64,000 nt of DNA from the NCBI GenBank assembly GCA_051362555.1, contig CM120646.1, forward strand, positions 4,774,001-4,838,000. The letters run 5' to 3'. Positions 63,690 through 64,000 of the stretch are shown here, piece by piece; the first letter of the stretch is position 1, and every line of letters starts with the position of its first letter. The notes beneath the pieces were generated by a model. That model worked only from the letters and a program-made list of their open reading frames with translations, did not search any database and was not told where the DNA came from. Made by a program: the position numbers and the translations under genes. The DNA comes from Lingula anatina (lineage: Eukaryota > Animalia > Brachiopoda).

Positions 63690-64000
63690 CAGGGTGCTCT
63701 GCTGCGACTGAGTGATCACTGCCAGACTTTACGAAAGGCCAAAAAATCTGTCAGACATTCGGTCTGACAAGCTTGAAAATTCTGTCAGACCGAAACAAAA
63801 TCTGTCAGACCGAAGTAAAATAATAGAAATACGAACCATTATTCTTGTTTTCATGTGTATTTTCTAATGTTTTAAATCACTGACATTAAATCAAATATTA
63901 AATTTTTGATATATGTTTGTAAAAAAGTAAAATAAGAAAGAAAAACAAACAAACAAGAAAATAGACAAAAAATTACTTGCATAACAAGTTGTTTTTTATT
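63690..64000. mobile_element. Possible left end of a hAT-like element running out of the window
   Basis: Starts CAGGGTGCTC and is followed by three TCTGTCAGAC repeats plus one inverted GTCTGACA. The other end is not visible. Confidence 0.35.

Overview
AT-rich, intron-containing animal DNA, probably from a marine invertebrate (species cannot be determined from the sequence). From left to right: a tandem array of at least three METTL27/WBSCR27-like SAM methyltransferase genes (minus strand, the first cut off by the window edge); an 18-exon RFX4 transcription factor gene (plus); two tandem paralogues of an unnamed CUB-domain type I membrane protein with a YQDF tail (minus); a three-exon gene for a stand-alone NRPS condensation-domain-like protein with a non-canonical active-site motif (plus); and GPS2 (minus). 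Many transposon remnants are interspersed: L1/Tx1, L2 and other LINE fragments, a Tc1 element, several MITEs, a Helentron-associated element, and a truncated Penelope element with inverted pLTRs carrying hammerhead-like cores. The most unusual item is the intron-containing, free-standing condensation-domain gene. All gene models were spliced by hand from GT-AG sites and reading-frame continuity. Family assignments rest on recognised motifs, not on database searches.
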